A DNA stretch of 64,000 bases from an uncultured Actinomycetota bacterium (GTDB taxonomy: Bacteria > Actinomycetota > Actinomycetes > JACCUZ01): assembly GCA_963762865.1 (NCBI GenBank), contig CAVXNC010000018.1, positions 75,506 through 139,505 of the forward strand, read 5' to 3'. The notes beneath the pieces are model-generated. The model was not told where the DNA came from and ran no database searches. It saw only the letters and a program-made list of their open reading frames with translations. Below, piece after piece: positions 9,917 to 19,852 of the stretch. Every line of letters starts with the position of its first letter. Position 1 is the stretch's first letter. Made by a program: the position numbers and the translations under genes.

Positions 9917-10651
9917 CTAGGGCGTCCGACGGCGCAGGGTCGCAGCACCGAGACCCAGCGCCAGCAGGATCGCCAGCACGACGACGGAGAGGTCGGCCCA
10001 GGCACCCGGGTCGACCTCTTCGCTCGTCGTGAGGGAGCGCATGGCGTCGACCGCGTAGGACAGCGGCAGCACGTTGGAGACCCACCGGAGCGCGGTGTCC
10101 ATCGTGTCGCGCTGCACCAGCAGCCCGCACAGGAGGAACTGCGGCAGGACGAATGCGGGCATGAACTGCACGGCCTGGAACTCGGTGGACGCGAAGGCGC
10201 TGACGAAGAGGCCGAGTGCCATGCCGAGGACAGCGACGAGCACCGCGACGACCAGCAGGAACCACACGGGTCCCTCGATGTCCAGGTCGAGGGCGTACAC
10301 CGAGAGCGCCGTCGCCACGCTGGCCTGCACGATGGCGACGAGACCGAAGGCCAGCCCGTAGCCGAGCAGCAGGTCGAGCTTGCCGATCGGCATCGTGAGC
10401 AGCCGTTCGAGGGTCCCCGACGTGCGCTCCCGCAAGGTGGCGACCGACGTGACGAGGAACATCACGACGAAGGGAAAGACACCGAGCAGGGGGGCACCGA
10501 TCGAGTCGAAGGTGCTCGTCCCGTTGAAGACCCAGGCGAGCAGCCCGACGAGCACGCTGGGCACCACGACCAGCATCGCGAGGGTGCGGTGGTCGTGGCG
10601 CAGCTGCGCCAGGACCCGGCCGGTGGTGGCCAGTGTGATGCGGGCGTTCAT
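9917..10651 (-). CDS. ABC-2 type transporter permease.
   Basis: Hydrophobic ORF. The internal ATG (MNARITL) overlaps the stop of the upstream ATPase by 4 nt (ATGA); the 5' part of the long ORF is an out-of-frame overlap. Confidence 0.8.
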   Translation of the reverse strand: MNARITLATTGRVLAQLRHDHRTLAMLVVVPSVLVGLLAWVFNGTSTFDSIGAPLLGVFPFVVMFLVTSVATLRERTSGTLERLLTMPIGKLDLLLGYGLAFGLVAIVQASVATALSVYALDLDIEGPVWFLLVVAVLVAVLGMALGLFVSAFASTEFQAVQFMPAFVLPQFLLCGLLVQRDTMDTALRWVSNVLPLSYAVDAMRSLTTSEEVDPGAWADLSVVVLAILLALGLGAATLRRRTP

Positions 10652-11442
10652 GCCGGGCTCCTCTCGGACGGGCGCTCCGCCGACTGTCCGGCAGCCCGGT
10701 CCGCGGCGGCCCGGACCAGGTCGAGGAACGCCGCCTCCATGTCGGCCGCGCCGGTCCTGTCGAGCAGCGCCTGCGGGGTGTCGTCGGCGAGCAGTCCGCC
10801 CTCGCGCATCAGCAGCAGCCGCTCGCACCGGGTCGCCTCGTCCATGACGTGGCTGCTGACCAGCAAGGTGCGGCCGGCTGCGGCGAGGGAGGTGAAGAGG
10901 CCCCACAGGTCCTCGCGCAGCACGGGGTCGAGCCCGACGGTGGGCTCGTCGAGCACCAGCAGCTCGGGCGTGCCCAGCAGCGCGGCGGCGAGCGAGACCC
11001 TGGCCTCCTGTCCGCCGGACAGCCGGCCGGTGACGGCATCAGCGTGGGTGCCGAGCCCGACCTCGTCGACGACGCGGTCGACGTCCGTCGACGGCGCGCC
11101 GAGGACAGCGGCGAAGTAGCGCAGGTTCTCGCGCACCGTGAGGTCTGCGTAGACGGACGGCGCCTGGGTGACGTAGCCGACCGAGCGGCGCAGCTCCTTC
11201 GACCCTGCCGGCCGGCCGAGCACCTCGACCGTGCCGCTCTCGATCACCTGCACGCCGACGACCGAGCGCATCACGGTGCTCTTGCCGCAGCCGCTGGGGC
11301 CCAGCAGGCCGGTCACGCTGCCCACCGGCACCTCGAAGGACAGCCCGTCGAGCACCGTGCGCCCGCCGCGCACCACGCGCAGGTCACGGACGGAGACAGC
11401 CGACACAGCCGGCGCCGGCAGGTCGTCCGACAGGTTATTCAT
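10648..11442 (-). CDS. ABC transporter ATP-binding protein.
   Basis: Walker A (GPSGCGKST), signature (LSGGQ) and Walker B (LLVLDEP) are present. The start is uncertain and is set at MNNLSDD. Confidence 0.85.
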   Translation of the reverse strand: MNNLSDDLPAPAVSAVSVRDLRVVRGGRTVLDGLSFEVPVGSVTGLLGPSGCGKSTVMRSVVGVQVIESGTVEVLGRPAGSKELRRSVGYVTQAPSVYADLTVRENLRYFAAVLGAPSTDVDRVVDEVGLGTHADAVTGRLSGGQEARVSLAAALLGTPELLVLDEPTVGLDPVLREDLWGLFTSLAAAGRTLLVSSHVMDEATRCERLLLMREGGLLADDTPQALLDRTGAADMEAAFLDLVRAAADRAAGQSAERPSERSPA

Positions 11443-12079
11443 CACCCAATGAATATGCACCGGCGTCCCGGCCGCCGTCAACCCTGACGTCGGGCGTGAG
11501 GTAGCGCTGCAGGGTCGGGGCCACCAGGGCGACCACGTCGTCCTCGGGGGCCGAGGCGAGCGGCTCGATCAGCACCACGTGACGGAGAATCACGACGCCG
11601 ACCATCTGGGCGGCCGCCACCTGGACCCGCAGCGGGTCGATGGGGCCGATGGCCGCCGCGAGCCGGCCGAGCAGGGCGCTGCCGACGAACTCACGCATCA
11701 TCGCCGCCCCCTGCTCACCCGTCATCGCGGACCGCAGCATGCCGAGCATCGGGGCCCGGAAGTCCGGATGAGACCAGACGCCGAGGAAGGTCCGGACCAG
11801 CCGCTCGCCCAGCTCGTCCCTCGGCCCGTCGAGGATCTGCGGCACGAGCTCGGCCGGCGTGAAGGGCAGCTCCATCGCGGCGACGAAGACCTGCTCCTTG
11901 GTGCCGAAGTAGTGGTGGACGAGGGCCGGGTCGACCTCGGCGGACCGGGCTATCCCTCGCACACTGGCCGCGGCGTACCCCTTGCCGGCGAACTCCTCCC
12001 TCGCGGCCGCGAGGATCAGCGCCCGCCGGTCGCCGCCGTCGGCCGGTCGCCCCGGACCGCGTCGCGCCGTGTCCGCCAT
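11435..12079 (-). CDS. TetR family transcriptional regulator.
   Basis: An N-terminal HTH (RRALILAAAREEFAGKGYAAASVRGIARSAEVDPALVHHYF) sits upstream of the ABC ATPase/permease pair in the same orientation. Confidence 0.85.
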   Translation of the reverse strand: MADTARRGPGRPADGGDRRALILAAAREEFAGKGYAAASVRGIARSAEVDPALVHHYFGTKEQVFVAAMELPFTPAELVPQILDGPRDELGERLVRTFLGVWSHPDFRAPMLGMLRSAMTGEQGAAMMREFVGSALLGRLAAAIGPIDPLRVQVAAAQMVGVVILRHVVLIEPLASAPEDDVVALVAPTLQRYLTPDVRVDGGRDAGAYSLGDE

Positions 12080-12132
12080 TACTCGCTCACCACGTCGCCA
12101 TGATGCCTGCCGGTGTCCCTCGGTGCGTCCGT

Positions 12133-12173
12133 TACGGATCCGTCGCCGACCGGTCCGGGTCGCAACCGGTTGC
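12133..12173. promoter_or_regulatory. Candidate TetR operator palindromes in the 5' region of the tetR-ABC operon.
   Basis: Perfect palindromes acggatccgt (12133-12142) and gcaaccggttgc (12162-12173), between the tetR start and the upstream gene. Confidence 0.35.
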
Positions 12174-12216
12174 AGCGGCCTTGTTCCGGAAGGGACCCAC
12201 CACGACGCCGCGAGGC

Positions 12217-12963
12217 TAGTTGCGGGCGAAGACGGCGTACGTCACGAAGGGCTCGTCCATGACGCCTGAGGGGTGCACGGGACTGAGCTCGGCGAGCTCG
12301 GCCTCCACCACCTCGGCGGCGCCCTCGGGGTCCCAGCGCGAAGACGTAGGACTTCGTCATCAGGTTGCGGCCGTAGTCCGCCATCGTCACCTGGCGCGAC
12401 CACGGGATCTCGACGGTCGCGACCTTGCGGTTCCACGGCTCACCGGCCAGCAGGTCGGCCGTCCACGAGTCGGCGGCATGCGGAGGAACGCCGCAGGCGG
12501 CGAAGACCCGGCGGTCGTGCTCGTGCAGCCACTGGACGCTCTGGTCGTGCTGGTTCCACCACAGCGCGAGCACCGCACCGGGCTTGAGGACGCGGAACGC
12601 CTCGGCCACCGACCGGTCGGCGTCGGTCCAGTGGAAGGACTGGGCGTAGGACACCAGGTCGAACTGGCCGTCGGCCAGTGGCAGCGCGTTGCCGTCGCCC
12701 ACGACGGCCTGCACCCGCGAGGTGGAGCGCGCCCTCAGCACCCGCAGCGCGTCGATCCCCGGCTCGACGGCGGTGACCGTCGCGCCGCGGCCCGCGAGCG
12801 CGCGCGACGAGATCCCGGTGCCGGCGCCGACGTCGCACACCGACGACCACAGCAGCGGCTGGCCCATGGCCGACTCGAGGGCGTCGAAGAGCTGGGCAGG
12901 GTAGTCCGGCCGGTAGGCGTCGTAGTCCGCCGCGACCGCGTCGAAGAGCCGGCGCTCGGTCAC
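12217..12963 (-). CDS. Class I SAM-dependent methyltransferase with an apparent frameshift near 12330-12356.
   Basis: SAM motif I (VCDVGAGTG) and LKPGAVLAL are in the main frame. The C-terminal 38 codons (WDPEGAAEVVEAELAELSPVHPSGVMDEPFVTYAVFARN) read naturally only in the neighbouring frame. The in-frame continuation is Arg-rich wrong-frame text. Confidence 0.6.
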
Positions 12964-12994
12964 GGCCGCGCCGCAGCGATCGGCGCGTACGCCG

Positions 12995-13819
12995 TCATGG
13001 AGCCGTGCCCGCCTCATGGGCGCTGGCGAGGTTGAGCCGCGCGAAGGCCAGGCCCTCGGCGAGGTCGGCCTCGCGCTCGTCCCGGTTGACCGCTCGACGG
13101 GTGTTGATCTCGAGGACCACCGAACCGTCGAAGCCGGTGCGCGCGAGCCGCTCCAGCACGTCGGCGCAGGGCTGGTTGCCCCGGCCGGGCACCAGGTGCT
13201 CGTCCTTGTTGGACCCGGATCCGTCAGCGAGGTGGAGGTGCGAGAGCCGGTCCCCCAACGCGTCCAGCACCCGCACCGCGTCCGAGGCGGAGACAGCGGT
13301 GTGGGACAGGTCGAGCGTGACGTCGGGGACGTCCATCTCGAGCAGGTCCCAGTGCGGCAGGTAGGCGACCACCTCCCGGTTGCGCGCCTTCCACGGGAAC
13401 ATGTTCTCCACCGCGAAGCGCACGTCGGTCTCGCTCTGCATCCGCGCGATGCCCTCGACGAACCCGCGCGCGTAGTCCCGCTGCCACCGGAAGGGCGGGT
13501 GCACGACGACGGTCGGCGCACCGACGCGCTCGGCCGCCTCTCGTGCCCGGACCAGCTTGGTCCACGGGTCGGTCGACCACACCCGCTGCGTGAGCAGCAG
13601 GCACGGCGCGTGGATCGCGAGCACCGGCACGCCGTAGCGCTCGGACAGGCCGCGAAGCGCGTCCGGGTCCTGGCTCACCGGGTCGGTCCAGACCATCACC
13701 TCCACGCCGTCGAAGCCGAGCGCGGCGGCCATCTCGAACGCGGTGGTGCAGGTCTCCGGGTAGCACGAGGCGGTGGACAGGGCGACCTTCGCGCCGGGCA
13801 CCCTGACCGTGCGGCTCAT
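12995..13819 (-). CDS. Sugar phosphate isomerase/epimerase (xylose isomerase-like TIM barrel).
   Basis: 274 aa with an AP endonuclease 2 / TIM-barrel-like sequence. Confidence 0.8.
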   Translation of the reverse strand: MSRTVRVPGAKVALSTASCYPETCTTAFEMAAALGFDGVEVMVWTDPVSQDPDALRGLSERYGVPVLAIHAPCLLLTQRVWSTDPWTKLVRAREAAERVGAPTVVVHPPFRWQRDYARGFVEGIARMQSETDVRFAVENMFPWKARNREVVAYLPHWDLLEMDVPDVTLDLSHTAVSASDAVRVLDALGDRLSHLHLADGSGSNKDEHLVPGRGNQPCADVLERLARTGFDGSVVLEINTRRAVNRDEREADLAEGLAFARLNLASAHEAGTAP

Positions 13820-13853
13820 GTCGTCAGCCTATGTCCGCCCGACGGGACGTAAG

Positions 13854-14612
13854 GTGGGCCACGTGCCCGAGGTACCCCTTGACTTCCCCCGCGCGTGGGT
13901 CGAGTTCCCGAACCCCGACGACGCCGAGCAGAGCTTCCGCTGCGACCTGACCTGGCTGACGTCCAGCTGGACATGCATCTTCGGCAACGGGTGTCAGGGC
14001 ATCTACGCCGACCAGCCCGAGGGTGTCGGCTGCTGCACCCTCGGAGCGCACTTCTCGGACAAGGACGACGAGAAGCGGGTCAAAGGCTTCGTCAAGCAGC
14101 TCACCCCGGAGACCTGGCAGCACTACGACCCCAAGAAGTGGACCGAGAAGGACGAGGACGGTGCGCGCAAGACCCGGGTCGTCGACGGCGCGTGCATCTT
14201 CGCCAACCGTCCCGGCTTCGAGGGCGGCGAGGGCTGCGCGCTGCACGGGCTGGCGCTCCGTACCGGCCGGCACTTCCTCGAGACCAAGCCCGACGTCTGC
14301 TGGCAGCTACCGATCCGCCGCACCTACGAGCACGTCGAGCGGGCCGACGGCACCGAGGTGCTGACGACGGTCATCGCGGAGTACGACCGGCGCGGCTGGG
14401 GCCCCGGCGGTCACGACCTCGACTGGTACTGCAGCGGCAACACCGAGGCGCACGTCGGCGCCGAGCCGGTCTACGTCTCGATGCGCGCCGAGCTGGTCGA
14501 GCTGATGGGGCAGAAGGGCTACGACGAGCTGTCCAGGCTGGCGGAGGAGCACCTCTCGTCGCGCCGCCGCTTCGCGCTGCACCCGGCCGACCCGAAGACC
14601 CGCCGCCGCTAG
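13854..14612 (+). CDS. Conserved hypothetical protein (Cys-rich, Lys/Asp-rich).
   Basis: Protein-like composition that is atypical for wrong-frame high-GC text. Several CxxC-like cysteines. The start is uncertain (GTG ~13854, or ATG 13818 overlapping the divergent start). Confidence 0.55.
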   Translation: MGHVPEVPLDFPRAWVEFPNPDDAEQSFRCDLTWLTSSWTCIFGNGCQGIYADQPEGVGCCTLGAHFSDKDDEKRVKGFVKQLTPETWQHYDPKKWTEKDEDGARKTRVVDGACIFANRPGFEGGEGCALHGLALRTGRHFLETKPDVCWQLPIRRTYEHVERADGTEVLTTVIAEYDRRGWGPGGHDLDWYCSGNTEAHVGAEPVYVSMRAELVELMGQKGYDELSRLAEEHLSSRRRFALHPADPKTRRR

Positions 14613-14650
14613 GACGGGACGCGGCGGCCCCGTCGCCCTACGATCCCGCC

Positions 14651-15361
14651 ATGAGCGGCGACAACCCCCTCGGCACCGTCCTGGCCGTCTGGGCCCACCC
14701 GGACGACGAGTCCTACCTGTGCGCCGGGCTGATGGCCCGCGCGGTGCGGGCCGGTGACCGCGTCGTCTGCATCACCGCGACACGCGGCGAGCTCGGCTCG
14801 CCCGACGAGGAGAAGTGGCCGCCCGGCGCGCCGCTCGCCGCCGTGCGCACCGCCGAGATGGAGGCGGCCCTGGCTGTCCTGGGGATCACCGAGCACCACT
14901 GGCTGGACTACCCGGACGGCGGCTGTGCGCAGGTCGACCAGGACGAGGCCGTCCGCCGGGTCGCTGAAGTCATGGCCGAGGTACGGCCCGACACGGTGCT
15001 GACCTTCGGCCCCGACGGGATGACCGGCCACGACGACCACCAGGCCGCCTGCCGCTGGGCGACTGCGGCCTTCGGCCAGGTGGGCCGGCCGGGCGCCCTG
15101 CTCGCGTACGCCACGAAGACCCCCGACTGGAACGCCCGCTTCGTCGCGTCGCTCGACGAGCAGAACGTCTTCATGGGGTTCACACCGCCGGCCACGCCGG
15201 TCGAGGAGCTCGTCATCCACGAGGAGCTGGCCGGGGACCTGTTGGACGCCAAGGTCCGCGCGCTGATGTCGATGCCCAGCCAGGTGATGCCGTTGATCGA
15301 CGCCGTGGGACCGGACACCTACCGCGAGGCGATGGCCCTGGAGGCGTTCCGCCGGCCCTGA
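14651..15361 (+). CDS. PIG-L family deacetylase (LmbE-like; MshB / mycothiol-conjugate amidase family).
   Basis: An HPDDE motif near the N-terminus (VWAHPDDESYLCAG) and HxxH. The start is an ATG at 14651. Confidence 0.8.
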   Translation: MSGDNPLGTVLAVWAHPDDESYLCAGLMARAVRAGDRVVCITATRGELGSPDEEKWPPGAPLAAVRTAEMEAALAVLGITEHHWLDYPDGGCAQVDQDEAVRRVAEVMAEVRPDTVLTFGPDGMTGHDDHQAACRWATAAFGQVGRPGALLAYATKTPDWNARFVASLDEQNVFMGFTPPATPVEELVIHEELAGDLLDAKVRALMSMPSQVMPLIDAVGPDTYREAMALEAFRRP

Positions 15362-15444
15362 GCGGGAGCCGGCCGGCGCGACGCCCGAGCGGGTCCGCCC
15401 GCTCCTGCAGGGTTTCGTCCGTGGTCCGACCTACGCTCGCCGAC

Positions 15445-16854
15445 ATGAGCCGCACCGCCGTCCGCGAGCGTCCCGCCTACCGCTGCGCCGAGTGCGGGTG
15501 GGCGACCACGAAGTGGGTCGGGCGGTGCGGGGAGTGCCAGGCCTGGGGGACGGTCACCGACATGTCCGCCCCGGTCGTACGCACGACGGCGCCCGGTCCG
15601 GTCAGCAACCCCGCCCTCCCGATCGGCGAGGTCAGCGTCGAGGCGGCCAGGGCGGTGCCCACCGGGGTCGACGAGCTCGACCGGGTGCTCGGCGGCGGGC
15701 TGGTGCCGGGCTCGGTCGTGCTGCTCGCCGGCGAGCCGGGGGTGGGCAAGTCGACGCTGCTGCTCGACGTGGCCGCGCGGGTCGCCGAGCGCGGCCGGGC
15801 GCTCTACGTCACCGGCGAGGAGTCGGCCGCCCAGGTCCGGCTCCGCGCCGACCGGATCGGCGCGGTGCGCGACGACCTGATGCTCGCCGCCGAGACCGAC
15901 CTGGCCGCCGTGCTCGGCCACATCGACGCCGTGCAACCCACCGTCCTGGTCGTCGACTCGGTGCAGACCATCGCGAGCGCCGAGATCGACGGCTCACCCG
16001 GCAACGTCAGCCAGGTCCGGGAGGTGGCGGCCGCGTTGATCCGGGTCGCCAAGGACCGCAACATCGCGACGGTGCTCGTCGGCCACGTCACCAAGGACGG
16101 CTCGGTGGCCGGCCCGCGGATCCTCGAGCACCTCGTCGACGTGGTGCTGCAGTTCGAGGGCGAGCGGCACTCCCGGCTGCGGATGGTACGCGGCATCAAG
16201 AACCGGCACGGCGCCTCCGACGAGGTGGGCTGCTTCGACCTCTCCGACGAGGGCATCGAGGGACTCGCCGACCCGAGCGGGCTCTTCCTGTCCCAGCGCC
16301 GCGAGGCGGTGGCCGGCACCTGCGTGACGGTCACCATCGAGGGGAAGCGACCGTTGGTGGCCGAGGTGCAGGCGCTGCTCGCGCCGTCGCACCTGTCCTC
16401 ACCACGCCGGACCACCAGCGGTCTCGACAGCGGCCGGCTGGCGATGGTGCTCGCCGTCCTGCAGCGACGCGGCGGCGAGAAGATCCGGATGTCGTCGACC
16501 GCCGCAAGTGACGTCTACGCCTCCACCGTCGGCGGGGTCAGGCTCACCGAGCCGGCCACCGACCTGGCGGTCGCGCTGGCGGTCGCGGGTGCCGCGCAGA
16601 ACGACCCGCTGGCCACCGGCCTGGTCGCCATCGGGGAGGTCGGCCTGGCCGGCGAGATCCGCCGGGTCACCGGCACGGCGCGCCGGCTGGCCGAGGCCGC
16701 GCGGCTCGGGTTCACCCACGCGATGGTGCCCCCGGACCCCGGCCGGGTCCCCGACGGCATCGAGGTCATCGAGGTCACCGACCTGGCGATGGCCCTGCGC
16801 GTCGCCTTTCCCGGAGCGGACGTGGTCCCGTTCGCGAACCGCCGAGCACGCTGA
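15445..16854 (+). CDS. radA: DNA repair protein RadA (Sms).
   Basis: Zinc ribbon (CAECGW..CGEC), Walker A (GEPGVGKST), the KNRHG motif and a Lon-protease-like C-terminal domain. Confidence 0.9.
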   Translation: MSRTAVRERPAYRCAECGWATTKWVGRCGECQAWGTVTDMSAPVVRTTAPGPVSNPALPIGEVSVEAARAVPTGVDELDRVLGGGLVPGSVVLLAGEPGVGKSTLLLDVAARVAERGRALYVTGEESAAQVRLRADRIGAVRDDLMLAAETDLAAVLGHIDAVQPTVLVVDSVQTIASAEIDGSPGNVSQVREVAAALIRVAKDRNIATVLVGHVTKDGSVAGPRILEHLVDVVLQFEGERHSRLRMVRGIKNRHGASDEVGCFDLSDEGIEGLADPSGLFLSQRREAVAGTCVTVTIEGKRPLVAEVQALLAPSHLSSPRRTTSGLDSGRLAMVLAVLQRRGGEKIRMSSTAASDVYASTVGGVRLTEPATDLAVALAVAGAAQNDPLATGLVAIGEVGLAGEIRRVTGTARRLAEAARLGFTHAMVPPDPGRVPDGIEVIEVTDLAMALRVAFPGADVVPFANRRAR

Positions 16855-16949
16855 AGCGTCACCATCTCGTAACCCGCGCGTTGGCTCCGGCCGGGCATCC
16901 GGCACGGATAGACTCCCTCGCGATCAGAGCCCACGAGCAGGAGCGGTGA

Positions 16950-18035
16950 GTGCCAGGCACCGAACGGTCCGACGACCCGCTGCGCACGACGCTCGCAGCG
17001 GTCGCCCCCGGCACCACGCTGCGTGACGGCCTGGAGCGGATCCTGCGCGGCGGCACGGGGGCGCTCATCGTCCTCGGCTACGACAAGGTCGTCGAGGAGC
17101 TGTGCACCGGCGGCTTCGTGCTCGACGTCGAGTTCAGCGCCACCCGGCTGCGCGAGCTGGCCAAGATGGACGGCGCGATCGTCGTCGACCGCGACTGCAC
17201 GCGCATCGTGCGCGCGGCCGTCCAGATGGTCCCCGACCCGGCGATCCCCACCGACGAGTCCGGCACCCGGCACCGCACCGCCGACCGGGTCAACAAGCAG
17301 ACCGACCTGCCGGTCATCTCCGTCAGCCAGTCGATGAGCATCATCGCGATCTACGTCGACGGCCAGCGCTACGTCCTCGAGGCCTCCACGCAGATCCTGT
17401 CCCGCGCCAACCAGGCGCTGGCCACCCTGGAGCGCTACAAGCTCCGCCTCGACGAGGTCTCCGGCACGCTGTCCGCCCTCGAGATCGAGGACCTCGTCAC
17501 CGTCCGCGACGTCGCCGCGGTCGCCCAGCGCCTCGAGATGGTGCGGCGCATCGCCGGCGAGATCGAGTCGTACGTCGTCGAGCTCGGCACCGACGGCCGC
17601 CTGCTCACGCTGCAGCTCGACGAGCTGATCGCCGGGGTCGAGCCCGACCGCGAGCTGATCGCCCGCGACTACCTGCCGGCGGCCACCGGACGGAAGTCGC
17701 GCACCGTCGCCGACGTGATGGCCGACCTGGACCTGCTCGACTCCCTCGAGCTGCTCGACCACGCGGCTGTCGCGCGGGCCCTGGGCTACGCGGGCGGGGA
17801 GGGCCTCGACGCGGCCGTCAGCCCGCGCGGCTACCGGCTGCTCGCCCGGGTGCCGCGACTGCCCGGCACCGTGGTCGACCGGCTGGTCGAGCACTTCGGC
17901 AGCCTGCAGAAGCTGCTCGCCGCCAGCATCGACGACCTGCAGACGGTTGACGGCGTCGGCGAGTCGCGCGCCCGGTCGATCCGCGAGGGCCTCTCGCGAC
18001 TGGCCGAGTCGTCGATCCTCGAGCGCTACGTCTGA
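16950..18035 (+). CDS. disA: DNA integrity scanning protein DisA (diadenylate cyclase).
   Basis: A DAC domain (DGAIVVD...RHRTA) plus a C-terminal HhH. In the conserved radA-disA arrangement. Confidence 0.9.
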   Translation: MPGTERSDDPLRTTLAAVAPGTTLRDGLERILRGGTGALIVLGYDKVVEELCTGGFVLDVEFSATRLRELAKMDGAIVVDRDCTRIVRAAVQMVPDPAIPTDESGTRHRTADRVNKQTDLPVISVSQSMSIIAIYVDGQRYVLEASTQILSRANQALATLERYKLRLDEVSGTLSALEIEDLVTVRDVAAVAQRLEMVRRIAGEIESYVVELGTDGRLLTLQLDELIAGVEPDRELIARDYLPAATGRKSRTVADVMADLDLLDSLELLDHAAVARALGYAGGEGLDAAVSPRGYRLLARVPRLPGTVVDRLVEHFGSLQKLLAASIDDLQTVDGVGESRARSIREGLSRLAESSILERYV

Positions 18036-18059
18036 CCGGCGACCCTTCTGACGAAACGG

Positions 18060-18534
18060 CTACCGGCCGGCGAGCCAACCGCGAAGCACCGTGACGACCA
18101 GGTCGTGGTCCTCGAGCTGGGGCAGCCCAGAGACTGCGACCACTCCGACCGGGCCGACACCACGGACCAGCAGCGGGAACGCACCGCCGTGCGCGGCGTA
18201 GTCCGCGCTCGGCACGGCGTACTTGTCCTCGAGGGTGGTCCCCTGGTCCCGGCAGAGCTGCCCGACGTGCAGCGAGCTGCGCCCGAAGCGGCGCACCACG
18301 TTGCCCTTGCGCCGGATCCACTCGTCGTTGTCCGCGACCGTGCCGGGCAGGGCCGCGTGGAAGAGCTGCCGCCCGGCCAGCTCGATGTCGATGACCACGC
18401 CGGCACCGCGGCGGCGCGCCTCCTCGACCAGCGCGACCCCGAAGGCCCACGCCACGTCCTCGTCGAAGCCGTCGTGCTGCAGCTCGGCCTCCTGGGCCAC
18501 CAGCTCGGCCACCGTCGGCCAGTCCTCGCTCATG
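18060..18534 (-). CDS. DUF336 / GlcG-like heme-binding family protein.
   Basis: A ~158-aa ORF starting MSEDWPTVAEL. Overlaps the upstream methyltransferase stop by ~4 nt. Confidence 0.65.
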
Positions 18535-19372
18535 ACAGGCAGCGTGCCACGGCGCTCCCCACCACGACGGTCGCGTCGTGCTCCTCCGACGTCACCACCG
18601 TGGCGGTCAGACCCGCTGACCGCAGCACGCCGGCCGCCGCCTCGGCCTGGCGGGCGCTCGCCTCGGTGAGCAGGTGGCCACCCGGTGCCAGCCACCGGGA
18701 CGCTTCCGCGGAAACGCGGCGCAGCACGTCGAGGCCGTCCGGCCCGCCGTCCAGGGTGGCGACCGGCTCGTGCAGCCGGGCCTCGGCGGGCATCAGGTCG
18801 AGCTCCGCAGTCGGCACGTAGGGCACGTTGGCCAGCAGCACGTCGACCACGCCTCTCAGCCCTGCGGGCAACGGCTCGAAGAGATCTCCCTCGAGCACCT
18901 GACCGCCCAGCGGCTGCACGTTGCGCCGGGCGCACGCCACCGCCACCGGGTCGACGTCGGCGGCGTGCAGCTCGGCGCTGCCCAGCATCGTCGCCAGCGC
19001 GACTCCAAGCGCACCGCTGCCGCAGCACAGGTCGACGACCACGGTCCGACGCCGAACCGCGTCGGCGCCGGCACCGGCGGGCCCGCCTGCTGGCGCGGAC
19101 CGGACGAGCTCGGCAGCGTGCTCGACCAGGAACTCGGTGCGGGGCCGCGGCCGGAAGACGCCCGGGTCGACCTGGATGCGCAGCCCGCAGAACTCGGCCC
19201 ACCCCAGCACGTGCTCGAGCGGCTCCCCGCCAACCCGGCGGTCGACCATCGTGGTCAGCTCGGCCGGCGAGCCCGCCGTCTCCTCCAGAAGTGCCGCCTC
19301 GTCCTCGGCGAACACGCAGCCGGCGGCGCGCAGCCGCGCGACGAGAGCCGAATCGGGCACGCGGCCGAGCAT
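18530..19372 (-). CDS. HemK/PrmC-like protein N5-glutamine methyltransferase family protein.
   Basis: SAM-binding motifs (VVDLCCGSGALG) and an NVPYVP (NPPY-like) motif typical of N5-glutamine methyltransferases. Confidence 0.7.
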   Translation of the reverse strand: MLGRVPDSALVARLRAAGCVFAEDEAALLEETAGSPAELTTMVDRRVGGEPLEHVLGWAEFCGLRIQVDPGVFRPRPRTEFLVEHAAELVRSAPAGGPAGAGADAVRRRTVVVDLCCGSGALGVALATMLGSAELHAADVDPVAVACARRNVQPLGGQVLEGDLFEPLPAGLRGVVDVLLANVPYVPTAELDLMPAEARLHEPVATLDGGPDGLDVLRRVSAEASRWLAPGGHLLTEASARQAEAAAGVLRSAGLTATVVTSEEHDATVVVGSAVARCLS

Positions 19373-19441
19373 CGCAGGTGAGCCGGGTCGCCACCGGTCA
19401 GGACTGCAGATCGACCTCAGTGCGGGCGCGCACGTCAGCCG

Positions 19442-19852
19442 TCAGGCGGGCACCAGACCGGCGAGGGCCGTCAAGGACACGACGAAGACGGGGGTCTTGG
19501 CGGCGTCCCGGCGCACCTCGAGGACGTACGCCGGCAGGCCCAGGCCGCGCTGGCCCTCGGCCGGCACCAGGTCGTTGTCCGCCAGGACGGCGACCACCTT
19601 GTCCACGGCCAGTCCCAGGACACCCTCGGCGACCTGCAGGACGAGGACGTCGCCCGGCACCGTCGGGTCGCCGCTGCCGCTGCGCAGGTCGACGACCGGC
19701 ACCGGCTGACCGCGCAGCACGAGGAGGCCGGTCACCGGAGCACGAGCCCCGGCCAGCGGTTCGATGCCGTTGGCCCGCACGACCTCGCGGACCTCGTCGA
19801 GCCGACCGGCCAGGACGCGTCCGTCCATGGCGAAGCTCACGTAGCCGTTCAC
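19442..19852 (-). CDS. cheW: Chemotaxis coupling protein CheW-like.
   Basis: A ~137-aa CheW-domain sequence. The GTG start overlaps the cheR stop (GTGA). Confidence 0.7.
   Translation of the reverse strand: MNGYVSFAMDGRVLAGRLDEVREVVRANGIEPLAGARAPVTGLLVLRGQPVPVVDLRSGSGDPTVPGDVLVLQVAEGVLGLAVDKVVAVLADNDLVPAEGQRGLGLPAYVLEVRRDAAKTPVFVVSLTALAGLVPA

Noticed and set aside
12079-13521. A 480-aa minus-strand ORF.
   Set aside because: It is a chimera. Its N-terminal 190 codons are an out-of-frame overlap of the sugar-phosphate isomerase gene. Only the C-terminal part (12217-12963) is the real SAM methyltransferase.
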